Shown here: piece after piece, positions 19,756-29,476 of the stretch
How positions within the stretch are numbered: position 1 is the stretch's first letter
How the letters are laid out: each line of letters starts with the position of its first letter
Assembly (NCBI GenBank): GCA_965208125.1
Contig: OZ242320.1
Location: 3,968,001-4,032,000 of the forward strand
DNA from: Candidatus Latescibacterota bacterium
GTDB taxonomy: Bacteria > Latescibacterota > UBA2968
Direction: 5' to 3'
Length of the DNA: 64,000 bases
Notes under the pieces: generated by a model
Told to the model about the DNA's origin: nothing
Databases searched by the model: none
What the model saw: the letters and a program-made list of their open reading frames with translations, nothing else
Translations under genes and position numbers: made by a program

Positions 19756-20373
19756 ATGACCGGAATCGCCGACAAGATCATGCAGAGGGTGTCCGTCCAC
19801 GATAGCGGAAGATGGGTGTGTACGCCGAAGGATTTCCTGGACCTCGGCAGCCGCGAGGCCGTTGACCAGGCCCTGTCGCGTCTCGTCAAGGCGGGACGGC
19901 TGCGCCGGGTGGGCCATGGCCTGTACGACAGGCCGAGGATCAGCAATGTGCTGAATCGGCCTGCGCCCGTCGATCTGGATGCGGCCATCACAGCACTGGC
20001 ACGGCGAGATGGCGTGCGGATCATGCCGGATGGATTGGTGGCTGCGAATCAATTAGGTCTCACCAACGCCGTGCCCGCGAAGGTCAGCTATGTGACGGAT
20101 GGACATTCCAGGACCCTCAAGATTGACGGAAGAACTGTCCGGTTCCGGCACGCGGGTCCAAGCGTCATGCGGTGGGCGGGAAGACCCGCAGCGCCAGTGG
20201 TTCAGGCGCTGCGGTGGCTGGGGCCCCGCGTAGCCGCGGACGGAGAGATCGTCTCGACGCTGAGTCGCCATCTTCCCGACGACGTGAAGCTCGATCTGTT
20301 GCACAACAGCCGCGATCTTCCCGGCTGGGCATTGCCGCTGGCGCGCAGCATCGCGAGCGACCTGATCGACTAA
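19756..20373 (+). CDS. DUF6088 / AbiEi-like type IV antitoxin
   Basis: TPKDFLDLGSREAVDQALSRL...RVGHGLY...AANQLGLTNAVP...YVTDG; visibly GC-richer than its flanks. Confidence 0.85.
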   Translation: MTGIADKIMQRVSVHDSGRWVCTPKDFLDLGSREAVDQALSRLVKAGRLRRVGHGLYDRPRISNVLNRPAPVDLDAAITALARRDGVRIMPDGLVAANQLGLTNAVPAKVSYVTDGHSRTLKIDGRTVRFRHAGPSVMRWAGRPAAPVVQALRWLGPRVAADGEIVSTLSRHLPDDVKLDLLHNSRDLPGWALPLARSIASDLID

Positions 20374-20396
20374 AGAGGGTTTACAAGGAGAACAAT

Positions 20397-21416
20397 ATGA
20401 CATCTATCAGGCTTGGTGTTGTTGGTCTTGGTCTTGGTCAATGGATAGTAGAAACTGCGAAGAAAATCGAGGGTGCCCACGTTGTCGCAGCAGCTGAGAA
20501 TATGCCCGCTCGATTGGACGGTATGGGGGGTTATAGAGCTTATGAGAAGGAAAATGATCTCAGGCTTTACGAAGATGCAGACCAGATGATGGATAGCGAA
20601 TCGTTGGATGCGATCGCACTTGCGGTGACGCCCAAACATCGCAGGGCGCTGATCGAATCGGCTGGCAACAGGGGCATTCCAATGCTGATCGAGAAGCCCT
20701 GGGCAGGGACTGTCAAAAGTGGAAGAGAGTTGGTTGACTTGTGCAACAGTTTTGATTTGCCCTGTCAGGTCGAATTTCCGATCCGTTGTATGCCTGCAAT
20801 GGTGCGGTTGCGAGAACTCCTGAAAGGCCCTCTCGGAAAAGGGTGGATGGCGAATGGCAATCTGATGATGGGCTGGTGCCCTCCTCCAGAATCAACAAAA
20901 CACTGGGATCCGGAAAACCACAATGGGCTTATCAACGAGTGCTATGTACATCTTTTCGACACGCTGGCATTTTTACTGGGCAAGCCCAAATCCGTATTCT
21001 CATTTGGGGGATCTTTCAGAGGTAGCCCAATGCCGGATGCGGCCGCAGCAGTCATTGAGTTTGAATCTGGGGCCTCCGCTTCGCTGACTTGTGGTGGCAT
21101 TGGTGCTGCTTGTGCTGATGGCGGACATCTTCTGGATATTTGGACAGAGAACGGATTGGCACGCATAACTGGCACGCAATGGCTACCAGATACGCTGGAA
21201 TGGGCTTTGAGGGAGGCCAAAGAATCTACAGTTGAGACGTTTCACGCGCCTGAGCGAACGACCCTGATGGAGTACAATATGCGTGCATTTTTCAACGCGG
21301 TTCGAAGTGGTGCCCCCGTAGCTGCAACACCGGAAGACGGACTGATTGCAACAGCCATCGCGATGGCCATTCAGGAATCTATTGTTACGGGGAATCGCGT
21401 TGCGGTGGACTGTTAG
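20397..21416 (+). CDS. Gfo/Idh/MocA oxidoreductase
   Basis: AAGGAG RBS before ATG 20397; GVVGLGLG, IEKPW. Confidence 0.88.
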   Translation: MTSIRLGVVGLGLGQWIVETAKKIEGAHVVAAAENMPARLDGMGGYRAYEKENDLRLYEDADQMMDSESLDAIALAVTPKHRRALIESAGNRGIPMLIEKPWAGTVKSGRELVDLCNSFDLPCQVEFPIRCMPAMVRLRELLKGPLGKGWMANGNLMMGWCPPPESTKHWDPENHNGLINECYVHLFDTLAFLLGKPKSVFSFGGSFRGSPMPDAAAAVIEFESGASASLTCGGIGAACADGGHLLDIWTENGLARITGTQWLPDTLEWALREAKESTVETFHAPERTTLMEYNMRAFFNAVRSGAPVAATPEDGLIATAIAMAIQESIVTGNRVAVDC

Positions 21417-21482
21417 ACAAACAGGCAAACTATTGGAATTCAACGCTATGCCCTCAACCCGGGTTTGATTCCCTAACGCGAA

Positions 21483-22598
21483 TCATGATGAAATTCGCAA
21501 CTTGCCGAAATGAATATGCGTGCGCGCCGTATCTGGTGTGCCGCTGTCCCACACGCAACGGAAGTCACCCGGTGCAGTTTCAATAAGTGTGGGATAAGAG
21601 TTCTTAATCCCGGCATCGTAGAAGGTTTTCTCTTCGCTCCAGGTGTCTCCGGGATTTTTTGTTTTGTACCGCAGAGAGGTCCGACCTCCGTTGGGAAATC
21701 CCGGTGCTTTTACTCTTTGGGGAGGACCATCGCTGTACACATAGATATGCGTGCCATTTGAGGACCGGCCAAAGAAAGCCTTTGATTTGGCGTTGTGCAG
21801 GTCGGGTTCGGGTTTGGCGACACTCCAGGTACGGCCACCGTCACGGCTCACGCTCGAATAGGCTCTGGGCGGGTCCATCGTGCGATCGGTTTCGTCGTAA
21901 TCGGCCGTTCGCATGACAATCCATAGTTCCTCTGGTGTTTCTCCCTGCGCGATATTTCCCTCATGTAGGAAAACACGCGCATTGGTGGGTTGGGGAATAT
22001 ATGCTTCGAGTTTCCACTCCAGCAGGCTGGTACTGCTGAGGACGAAGTGGTCACGCGAACCCCGTGGGTCTTCCTGCAGCGTGTTGCGGTGGGCTGGCAG
22101 GAGATACTTGTGTACTGAGTCGGTCTCCGTGGTCACGATGGTTGAGCACGTGATGAGCGGCCCTGCATAATGCATCGCCATTTCCACCTGTGTCCAGGAA
22201 TAACCGCCATCTGCGGTGAATGCACCGACCAGTTGAGATTCTTCGCTGTTCTTCTGGGCTATCGGGCAGCGCATCGCAAAGCACCAGATTACGTCCTGTC
22301 CGGGAGCGCGGTAAAGGACTGGGTTCGCGTAGGCAAACTGCACCATACCCTGACGCTGACGATGATCGAAGATCATCACGGGTTCCTCCCAGGTTTCCCC
22401 GTCGTCGGTTGAGAGCGTCGCGAGAATATCTCCCATGTCTTTCTTGCCGTTGACCATCGCTCCGAAGGCCACAATGAGATGCCTTTTCTTGTGTCCCGGA
22501 ATAATGACCGGTTGCCACACGCGCCAGGCCTGCGGATGCTGCTCAACTCGGCGAACTACGCGCAAATCTGTAACATCTCCACGATAATTCTGCATCAT
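21483..22598 (-). CDS. BNR/Asp-box sialidase-like beta-propeller protein
   Basis: STDDGETW, TADGGYSW, SRDGGRTW Asp boxes; SYPTL. Confidence 0.85.
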   Translation of the reverse strand: MMQNYRGDVTDLRVVRRVEQHPQAWRVWQPVIIPGHKKRHLIVAFGAMVNGKKDMGDILATLSTDDGETWEEPVMIFDHRQRQGMVQFAYANPVLYRAPGQDVIWCFAMRCPIAQKNSEESQLVGAFTADGGYSWTQVEMAMHYAGPLITCSTIVTTETDSVHKYLLPAHRNTLQEDPRGSRDHFVLSSTSLLEWKLEAYIPQPTNARVFLHEGNIAQGETPEELWIVMRTADYDETDRTMDPPRAYSSVSRDGGRTWSVAKPEPDLHNAKSKAFFGRSSNGTHIYVYSDGPPQRVKAPGFPNGGRTSLRYKTKNPGDTWSEEKTFYDAGIKNSYPTLIETAPGDFRCVWDSGTPDTARTHIHFGKLRISS

Positions 22599-22617
22599 TC
22601 ATCTCCTTTATCCGCGT

Positions 22618-22713
22618 TCAAATCCCAGGTTCGGTATCCGCAGGACAATCCTCAAAAGCGGCTTCCAGTTCATCGGGAAACATGCGTTCCCAGCGGACTT
22701 CTCTGCGTTCCAG
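22618..22713 (-). pseudogene. Remnant resembling a creatininase-family N-terminus
   Basis: AAGGAG RBS, then LERREVRWERMFPDELEAAFEDCP, then an early stop. Confidence 0.4.
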
Positions 22714-22811
22714 GGTTCTGGCTCCTTGTATTGAATGGAGAATAAGGTAAAAGGCCGGATGAAATTTAGGCTATAAATAAAAAAAGGCTACGATTATTCT
22801 CATACATCCGC

Positions 22812-23929
22812 AAGTACAACAAAAACACTTGACAACGACTGCCGAAAACGCCTTTTTACCAGCCATCCATACGCAAGAAATGTCCCTTGTAGTTCCTACA
22901 CTTAGAGGAGATTAGAAGATGGACGACGCGATGCGTGAAACGTTCGCACGACAAGGCTATGTCGTCGTGCCCGATGTGCTCAATCAACAGCAGTTGGACG
23001 AGCTCAATCAAGTCTATGATCAGCATATCTTTGAGCGGGAGGAGACGCAGTTCACGGATGGCACCGACAAACAGAAGCGCAAAAGCATCCGGGGGCGCGA
23101 CACACGCCAGACAACGGATCGGCACGGCAACACCTACGTAGGGAGAAGGCTCTGGAGCAAGGCCTACAGGGACCTTATCGATAACGAGACCATGCTGCCC
23201 ATCCTTGAAGAGCTTCTCGGCGACCCGTCGTGGGGCCATGCCCCAGCACATATGCCGGCAGAGCTTCGCCCCTTGTTCCGGTTAGATCACGACAATATAC
23301 ATTACAAACCCGGCCGGAAACCGACAGATGGCGCAGACATAGGCGGGACACTTCACGGCGGCCCGGGTGCCTTTCATATCACATGTGTGTATGAGCTCAA
23401 GACAGTCGGACCAGCTGACGGGGGCTTCGGGTGTGTTGTTGGCACACACAAGCCGACCAATGAGCAGAAACTGCTGGACATCGACGGCGACTGGCGGCGG
23501 AACTGGTGCGACACGAAATGGACGTCGCAACTATCAAACTGGGATCAGGATGTGCCGGTGCACCGCATCGAGGCGAAGGCTGGGGACTGCATTTTGTTCA
23601 GTGAGAAGCTCAAACATGGTACGATTCCGTGGGCAGGGAGCGGCGAGCGCCGCACCCTTTTCTACAAGTATGTTCCTTTCGGCATGCACCACGGCGATGT
23701 CGCGTACGACACCAACGACCCGGAACTGACTGAGCGGCAGAAACGGATCCTGGAGTTCTCGCCGTGCTGGTTTAACGATCCCCGTGAGGACAAAGACTAC
23801 TCTGCGAACCCGGCGCTTACACAGCTCCATCCGTTGGCGTGTGTGGAGAGCGACCCAAGTGTGTTGCTGCCGGGCATGTCGCCGCCGCACATCCGGCTGA
23901 CGGACGAGACCAGGGCAATGCTGGGTGCC
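22812..23929 (+). repeat. Direct repeat copy 1 (upstream region plus PhyH gene)
   Basis: Aligns without gaps to 24933-26050, offset 2121 bp. Confidence 0.95.
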
Positions 23930-23935
23930 AACTGA
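22919..23935 (+). CDS. PhyH-family Fe(II)/2OG enzyme with H-G-G in place of HxD (copy 1)
   Basis: FARQGYVVVPDVL, RLDHD, LHGG, GTHK, LKHGT, RRTLFYKY. Confidence 0.88.
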   Translation: MDDAMRETFARQGYVVVPDVLNQQQLDELNQVYDQHIFEREETQFTDGTDKQKRKSIRGRDTRQTTDRHGNTYVGRRLWSKAYRDLIDNETMLPILEELLGDPSWGHAPAHMPAELRPLFRLDHDNIHYKPGRKPTDGADIGGTLHGGPGAFHITCVYELKTVGPADGGFGCVVGTHKPTNEQKLLDIDGDWRRNWCDTKWTSQLSNWDQDVPVHRIEAKAGDCILFSEKLKHGTIPWAGSGERRTLFYKYVPFGMHHGDVAYDTNDPELTERQKRILEFSPCWFNDPREDKDYSANPALTQLHPLACVESDPSVLLPGMSPPHIRLTDETRAMLGAN

Positions 23936-23949
23936 AGATTCGAAATTTT

Positions 23950-23979
23950 AGGCTGTGAGGGACTTCTCACAGCCTTTTT
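23950..23979 (+). terminator. Rho-independent terminator / hairpin family member
   Basis: AGGCTGTGAG-GGACTT-CTCACAGCCT-TTTT. Confidence 0.8.
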
Positions 23980-24043
23980 GTTTCGAAACCGTGGGTATTC
24001 AATTTGAATGCCTGCGGTTTTTTGGTTTAAAGGAGTGTGTAAA

Positions 24044-24934
24044 ATGAATAAGATGCACGAGTCAAATCATACGAAATGGAATGCAGCTGCACCACGGTGG
24101 AAGGCACGCAGAGACTCAAAAGGCCCTTGGCATCGCGGTCATCTGGTACCAGAGCGGATTGAAAAAGCACTCGAATATTGGAGGGAGAATGCATTGACTG
24201 AGCAGGGAGTTGAGCACATCGCTCAACATCTTGGATCCTTGGAGGGAAAAAACGCGGTTGTCTTGGGCAGTGGGGACAACTTCGCCGCCTTCGCCTTGGC
24301 ATCAATGGGGGCAACAGTCACGTCAGTCGATATTTCCGAGCGACAATTGGAAATCGCCGCCGAAAGGGCAAAGGACCTTGGCCTTGAAATCACCTTCCAC
24401 CAGGGCGACATTTCGGACCTCCCGACGTTGCCCGACGGAGGATATCACTTCGCGTGTAGCGTAGGCGTTGTGGCCATCTGGATTTCGGATCTCTGGCAAT
24501 ACTACGCAGAGGCAAGTCGGTTGCTGACCCCAGGTGGACTGTTTGTGGTAGGCGAGGTTCATCCAGTGCGGCAAATGTGGAGCAACTGTGAATACTTTAT
24601 AGGTGAAGATGCGATGGTTGGCAAAGAGGGGGGCAATACTCCCGAAGCAGACTTCTTTTACTTCGATCGTGGGCCTCACCAATACTTGTATAACCCGGAG
24701 ACAGGAGCGGCGACAGAATTTGTGGATCCTGAAGACGAAGAGACCAGGGATGCCGAGAATGTTCAGTACATTTTTCAGTGGACTGTTTCTGACTACCTGA
24801 TGGCGATGATTGATGCTGGATTTGAGATCCTTCACGTTTGGGAAGAGCCGACCAAAAATCATGATCGATGGCGTCAGAATTGTTTTCACGCTCTGCCCAA
24901 CGGATTCTATATGGTCTGTAAGAAGAAGCAATAA
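24044..24934 (+). CDS. Class I SAM-dependent methyltransferase
   Basis: AAGGAG RBS; VVLGSGD, VDISERQL, LTPGGLF..EVHP. Confidence 0.9.
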   Translation: MNKMHESNHTKWNAAAPRWKARRDSKGPWHRGHLVPERIEKALEYWRENALTEQGVEHIAQHLGSLEGKNAVVLGSGDNFAAFALASMGATVTSVDISERQLEIAAERAKDLGLEITFHQGDISDLPTLPDGGYHFACSVGVVAIWISDLWQYYAEASRLLTPGGLFVVGEVHPVRQMWSNCEYFIGEDAMVGKEGGNTPEADFFYFDRGPHQYLYNPETGAATEFVDPEDEETRDAENVQYIFQWTVSDYLMAMIDAGFEILHVWEEPTKNHDRWRQNCFHALPNGFYMVCKKKQ

Positions 24935-26050
24935 GTACGACAAAAGCACTTGACAACGACTGCCGAAAACACCTTCTTACCAGCCATCCATGCGCAAGAA
25001 ATGTCCCTTGTAGTTCCTACACTTAGAGGAGATTAGAAGATGGACGACGCGATGCGTGAAACGTTCGCACGACAAGGCTATGTCGTCGTGCCCGATGTGC
25101 TCAATCAACAGCAGTTGGACGAGCTCAATCAAGTCTATGATCAGTATATCTTTGAGCGGGAGGAGACGCTGTCCACGGCCCGCACCGACAAACAGAACCG
25201 CTTCTACATCGGCGGGCGCGACACACGCCAGACAACGGATCGGTACGGCAACACCTACGTAGGGAGAAGGCTCTGGAGCAAGGCCTACAGGGACCTTATC
25301 GACAACGAGACCATGCTGCCCATCCTTGAAGAGCTTCTCGGCGACCCGTCGTGGGGCCATGCCCCAGCACATATGCCGGAAGATCTTCGTCCCTTGTTCC
25401 GATTAGATCACGACAATATACACTACAAGCCCGGCCGGAAACCGACAGATGGCGCGGACAAAGGCGGGACACTCCACGGCAGCCCGAGCAGCTTTCATAT
25501 CACGTGTGTGTATGAGCTCAAGACAGTCGGACCAGATGACGGGGGCTTCGGGTGTGTTGCTGGCACACACAAGCCGGCCAATGAGCAGAAACTGACGGAC
25601 ATCGACGGCGACTGGCGGCGGAACTGGTGCGACACGGAGTGGACGTCGCAGCTGCCGAACTGGGATGACGATGTGCCGGTACACCGCGTTGAGGCGAAGG
25701 CTGGGGACTGCATTTTGTTCAGTGAGAAGCTCAAACACGGTACGATTCCGTGGGCAGGGAGCGGCGAGCGCCGCACCCTTTTCTACAAGTATGTTCCTTT
25801 CGGCATGCACCACGGCGACGCCGCGTACGACACCAACGACCCCGAACTCACTGAGCGGCAGAAACGGATCCTGGAGTTTTCGCCGTGCTGGTTTAACGAT
25901 CCCCGTGAGGACAAAGACTATTCCGCGAACCCTGCGCTTACACAGCTCCATCCGCTGGCGTGTGTGGAGAGCGACCCGGGTGTGTTGCTGCCGGGCATGT
26001 CGCCGCCGCACATTCGGCTGACGGACGAGACCAGGACAATGCTGAGTGCC
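24933..26050 (+). repeat. Direct repeat copy 2
   Basis: Begins at the methyltransferase stop codon; matches 22812-23929. Confidence 0.95.
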
Positions 26051-26056
26051 GGCTAG
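25040..26056 (+). CDS. PhyH-family Fe(II)/2OG enzyme with H-G-S in place of HxD (copy 2)
   Basis: 338-aa paralogue of 22919-23935; LHGS, LKHGT. Confidence 0.88.
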   Translation: MDDAMRETFARQGYVVVPDVLNQQQLDELNQVYDQYIFEREETLSTARTDKQNRFYIGGRDTRQTTDRYGNTYVGRRLWSKAYRDLIDNETMLPILEELLGDPSWGHAPAHMPEDLRPLFRLDHDNIHYKPGRKPTDGADKGGTLHGSPSSFHITCVYELKTVGPDDGGFGCVAGTHKPANEQKLTDIDGDWRRNWCDTEWTSQLPNWDDDVPVHRVEAKAGDCILFSEKLKHGTIPWAGSGERRTLFYKYVPFGMHHGDAAYDTNDPELTERQKRILEFSPCWFNDPREDKDYSANPALTQLHPLACVESDPGVLLPGMSPPHIRLTDETRTMLSAG

Positions 26057-26086
26057 AACTTTTTGGCCAAATGATAGCGAAAATAG

Positions 26087-26120
26087 AAAAATGCCGTGAG
26101 ATTTTTTCTCACGGCGTTTT
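26087..26120. terminator. Bidirectional terminator / hairpin family member
   Basis: AAAAATGCCGTGAG-ATTTTTT-CTCACGGCGTTTT. Confidence 0.75.
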
Positions 26121-26144
26121 CTTGTAGAGAAAGGAGTTGTGTCG

Positions 26145-28013
26145 ATGAAGAAACAAACCCCGGAAGCCATTCTGGCTGGATTTGAAAAACGGGTGGACGC
26201 GATGTTCCGGGCAGAATCGGGCACTCCCCTGGTGCGCGCCAAGAAGCAGAAACCTCTCGGCCCGGGGCGCGGTAACTACGTCCGAGCCTACTCCTATTCC
26301 ATGATGGCGTTTGCCGCACGTTGTCTCTACCTTGGCGAGATGCTGGATGAGGCAAATGCCGCACTGGCCGAAAATGCCCAGCACTACCTCGATAACCCAA
26401 AGGACATCAATGACCGCGACAGTTTCCACTGGCATGCGGAAATCGTCATGCGGCTGATCGAGATGTACGGCACCAACGGGACGGAGCATCCTGGCCGCAT
26501 CACCAAAGAGACCGAGGCCCTCGCGCTCAAACCGGTCTGGCTCTATGCCAAAATGTGCTCGTGGCTAAGCAAGGCGGAGGTCAAGGACTCGCAGACCTGG
26601 CACATTTACGGGTCCGAGAACCATCATGCCATGGACTTTACGGTGAATTGGCACTTCTCCAAGCTCGCCAGGAATCTGCCCGAATATAGGAACCTCAAGT
26701 TTGATGACGGCGCCACGGCCGAGGATCACTACCGCGCCTGGAACGAGTACTTCATCGCTTACTGCCGTGAACGGGCCCGCAAGAGCCTGTGTATCGAAAT
26801 GATGAGCGATGGATATAACGCCACGCTGATCAGAGGATTCTATAACTTCTACGACTTCGGTGATCCACCAGTACAGCGCTCGGCCAAGATGTTCCTCGAT
26901 CTCTACTTTGCTTACTGGGCGCAAGAGCAGATTGGTGGGCATATGGGTGGCGGCGGGTCACGCAGAAAGGGGGAGAAAGCGTTCTACCAGAACCGGGATC
27001 ACGGAAACGCTCCGTTGGCCTGGTTCTACTTCGCCATCGGCAAGCAACCAACGGTCAATGGTCATGACGTCAACGCCGCACTCAGCGCTTACCGCCCCCC
27101 GACCGTAGTGGCCGATATCGCGTCCGACGTAAAGGGACGCGGCCGCTACGAAGTGCGACAGCGTACACAGGGTCTCGGGAAACAAGGCCATTCGTTTCCC
27201 ATGGTGGCAGTTGCGAGCAAAGCGCCGAATCAATTACGAACCGACGGTGGTGGCATTCTGCGCTACAGTTTCTGTGACCCTGCCTTCATCTTGGGTACCC
27301 CAATGACCGAGGCGCGACCGCTGTCCGATTGGGTCGCGATCAGCGCACAGAATCGTTGGCAGGGTGTGATCTTTGCTGGCGAAGACGATGCCCGCATCGT
27401 TCCTCTTGTGCGTCCCGAGGACAACAAGGTCGTTCTCAATGCTCAGTGGTCCGTCCAAAGCAAGGGGAGCCTAATCACACAGAAGCTCAAGTACCAAAAG
27501 GGTGGTGCCGAGATGAACGTCTGGATGTCGGAAAAAGGCTTGAGCGCACCAGTTGAGGAAGATGGTGTGGTATTTGTGGAAGCAGAAGGCGCATGGGCAG
27601 CTATTCGCGTGTCCGATGGAGGCTTCACGTGGAAGGATGGCTCATACACCGTCAAGGCTGAAGATGGCAGTACACGTAAGACGCCTCCCGGAAGGATCAT
27701 GGCGCTTAAGGGCGAATACGCCCCCGTCATTCTCGAGGTTATGGCCAAGAGCGATCTCGATAGCTTCGACACGTTCAAAGCGAAGGTAAAAGGTTGTGAG
27801 ATGAGCATGGATGGAGCCATTCTTAGATACACCACGATCTACAGCGACCTGTTGACCTTCGACACCAGCTTTGAGAAAACGCCCAGCATTAACGGCAAGC
27901 CAGTCAACTACGCCCCGAAGAAGGTCTTTGAAAGCCCTTTCCTCAATGCCGACTACAATAGTGGTATCGTCACCATTAGTAAGGGTAAGCGGAAGAAGGT
28001 GTTGGAATTCTGA
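26145..28013 (+). CDS. Hypothetical protein, possibly alpha-toroid/beta-sandwich polysaccharide lyase-like
   Basis: Long ORF with AAGGAG RBS; GSENH and EMMSDGY motifs; helical N-half, beta-rich C-half (fold is inference). Confidence 0.6.
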   Translation: MKKQTPEAILAGFEKRVDAMFRAESGTPLVRAKKQKPLGPGRGNYVRAYSYSMMAFAARCLYLGEMLDEANAALAENAQHYLDNPKDINDRDSFHWHAEIVMRLIEMYGTNGTEHPGRITKETEALALKPVWLYAKMCSWLSKAEVKDSQTWHIYGSENHHAMDFTVNWHFSKLARNLPEYRNLKFDDGATAEDHYRAWNEYFIAYCRERARKSLCIEMMSDGYNATLIRGFYNFYDFGDPPVQRSAKMFLDLYFAYWAQEQIGGHMGGGGSRRKGEKAFYQNRDHGNAPLAWFYFAIGKQPTVNGHDVNAALSAYRPPTVVADIASDVKGRGRYEVRQRTQGLGKQGHSFPMVAVASKAPNQLRTDGGGILRYSFCDPAFILGTPMTEARPLSDWVAISAQNRWQGVIFAGEDDARIVPLVRPEDNKVVLNAQWSVQSKGSLITQKLKYQKGGAEMNVWMSEKGLSAPVEEDGVVFVEAEGAWAAIRVSDGGFTWKDGSYTVKAEDGSTRKTPPGRIMALKGEYAPVILEVMAKSDLDSFDTFKAKVKGCEMSMDGAILRYTTIYSDLLTFDTSFEKTPSINGKPVNYAPKKVFESPFLNADYNSGIVTISKGKRKKVLEF

Positions 28014-28100
28014 ACTACAGAGACCTCAGTGGTAGATGTGGCGTGCTGGGCATGAGACATGAGTCTTGAGGAGGTATATTCAAATTGCTGGGAGTGATAT

Positions 28101-28826
28101 ATGGGCGTAATGACAGATGAACAGAAGAAACACTTTCGCGAAGCAGGATATCTGCTGGCGTCGGGTTTGATTCCCGAGCATGTGGTTCGCAAGGCTGAAG
28201 ACGCGATGTGGGCGGCGTTGGAAATGGACCGTGACGACTCTGAAACCTGGAGGCGTGTGTCCGTGCATGCGATCAATCAACAGCATCGTGCATCGCCAGA
28301 AAATCGAATGTTGAGTTTGCCGGATATCCTGGCGTGTTATACAGATGATATTTTGATCGCAGTTTCTGAATTGACTGGTGTAGATCGCGAGGAGATCTAC
28401 GCGCCGACACGGGTTATGACTCAGAACACGTTTCCGACGGAAGGTGAATGGAGCCACTTGAAACCTCACCTGGATGGTGGATCCGATCCGGTAAAGTACA
28501 ATCGTCCGACGTTTCCCATTCCAATCCTGGTGCATTCAATTCTGTATCTGAGTGATACAGAACCGCACGGGGGATGCACGTTTGGATGGCCTGGTTCACA
28601 TCAAAAGCTTCAGGGTATTGCAGAGGACAACCCAGAGAAATATCCCTACTTGTGGGACGTGAATTTGGGTAAGGACACGGTAGATATTGGTGAAGGTGTG
28701 GAATTGGTGGCAAAGCGTGGAGACATTCTGTTTTACCAAAACTTTTTTTTACATGCAGGAAGCAAGAATATCAATGACTATCCTCGGCTTGCATGTCGTA
28801 ATACATGGAAGTGGAATGCTGTATGA
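28101..28826 (+). CDS. PhyH-family dioxygenase
   Basis: PHLDGG, WPGSH, LHAGS, PRLA. Confidence 0.88.
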   Translation: MGVMTDEQKKHFREAGYLLASGLIPEHVVRKAEDAMWAALEMDRDDSETWRRVSVHAINQQHRASPENRMLSLPDILACYTDDILIAVSELTGVDREEIYAPTRVMTQNTFPTEGEWSHLKPHLDGGSDPVKYNRPTFPIPILVHSILYLSDTEPHGGCTFGWPGSHQKLQGIAEDNPEKYPYLWDVNLGKDTVDIGEGVELVAKRGDILFYQNFFLHAGSKNINDYPRLACRNTWKWNAV

Positions 28827-28920
28827 GTGAAACAAAGAGCAGACTGGATGTTGGAGCTCTCGGCGAGGAAAACATGGAATCAGACGGCAAAATACGAGAT
28901 GGTAAATCGGGGAACATCAT

Positions 28921-29412
28921 ATGACATTTAAGGATCTGATCAATCGCCATACGTGGCCAGGTGTAAAATATCGATTTTTGGAAACCTATCCCGATGAAGC
29001 AGATTGCATAGACGCATATGCAGATGTGTATGAACGCTTGATCTTGCTGACCCCTGTAGAAACTTCTATGCGACTGAGTGTCACTGAAAAGGTCGGTGAC
29101 GATGGTCGTATCTGGGGAGATGTATCTGGTCTTGACGGCACACGCTGGAAAGATCAGGATGAAAACAGCAGAATGCCAGGATTGGCAGGAGAAGACGAGG
29201 TTTCCTGGGCTATTGAGTTTTGCCCCTGGGAGAAGTGGCTTGGAATGGAGATTGACCCTGAAACATTGCAGCAGTTAGACGAGGTAGATATTCTGGTCCA
29301 CTGTCTTTGGGAAATGACGTTTTGTGGTTTTGAGCAGGAGACCATTCAACAGGAATACAAGCAAATTCTCGATGCCTGGGAATCTGTTAAGAATTCAGAT
29401 TTTTCAACTTGA
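28921..29412 (+). CDS. DUF6557-like hypothetical protein
   Basis: WAIEFCPWEKWLGMEI...HCLWEMTFCGFEQ. Confidence 0.7.
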   Translation: MTFKDLINRHTWPGVKYRFLETYPDEADCIDAYADVYERLILLTPVETSMRLSVTEKVGDDGRIWGDVSGLDGTRWKDQDENSRMPGLAGEDEVSWAIEFCPWEKWLGMEIDPETLQQLDEVDILVHCLWEMTFCGFEQETIQQEYKQILDAWESVKNSDFST

Positions 29413-29476
29413 GCCGGAGTAACAAATGGAGATCAGATAGGACTCGAACTTTCCACAAATAATCTGTTCAAATTAG

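Noticed and set aside
20172-20396. N-terminal extension of the oxidoreductase in the ORF track
   Set aside because: Overlaps the DUF6088 gene out of frame; the RBS supports a start at 20397
22812-26056. Duplicated PhyH genes as a DGR template/variable pair
   Set aside because: Whole-gene duplication, substitutions not restricted to adenines, no reverse transcriptase
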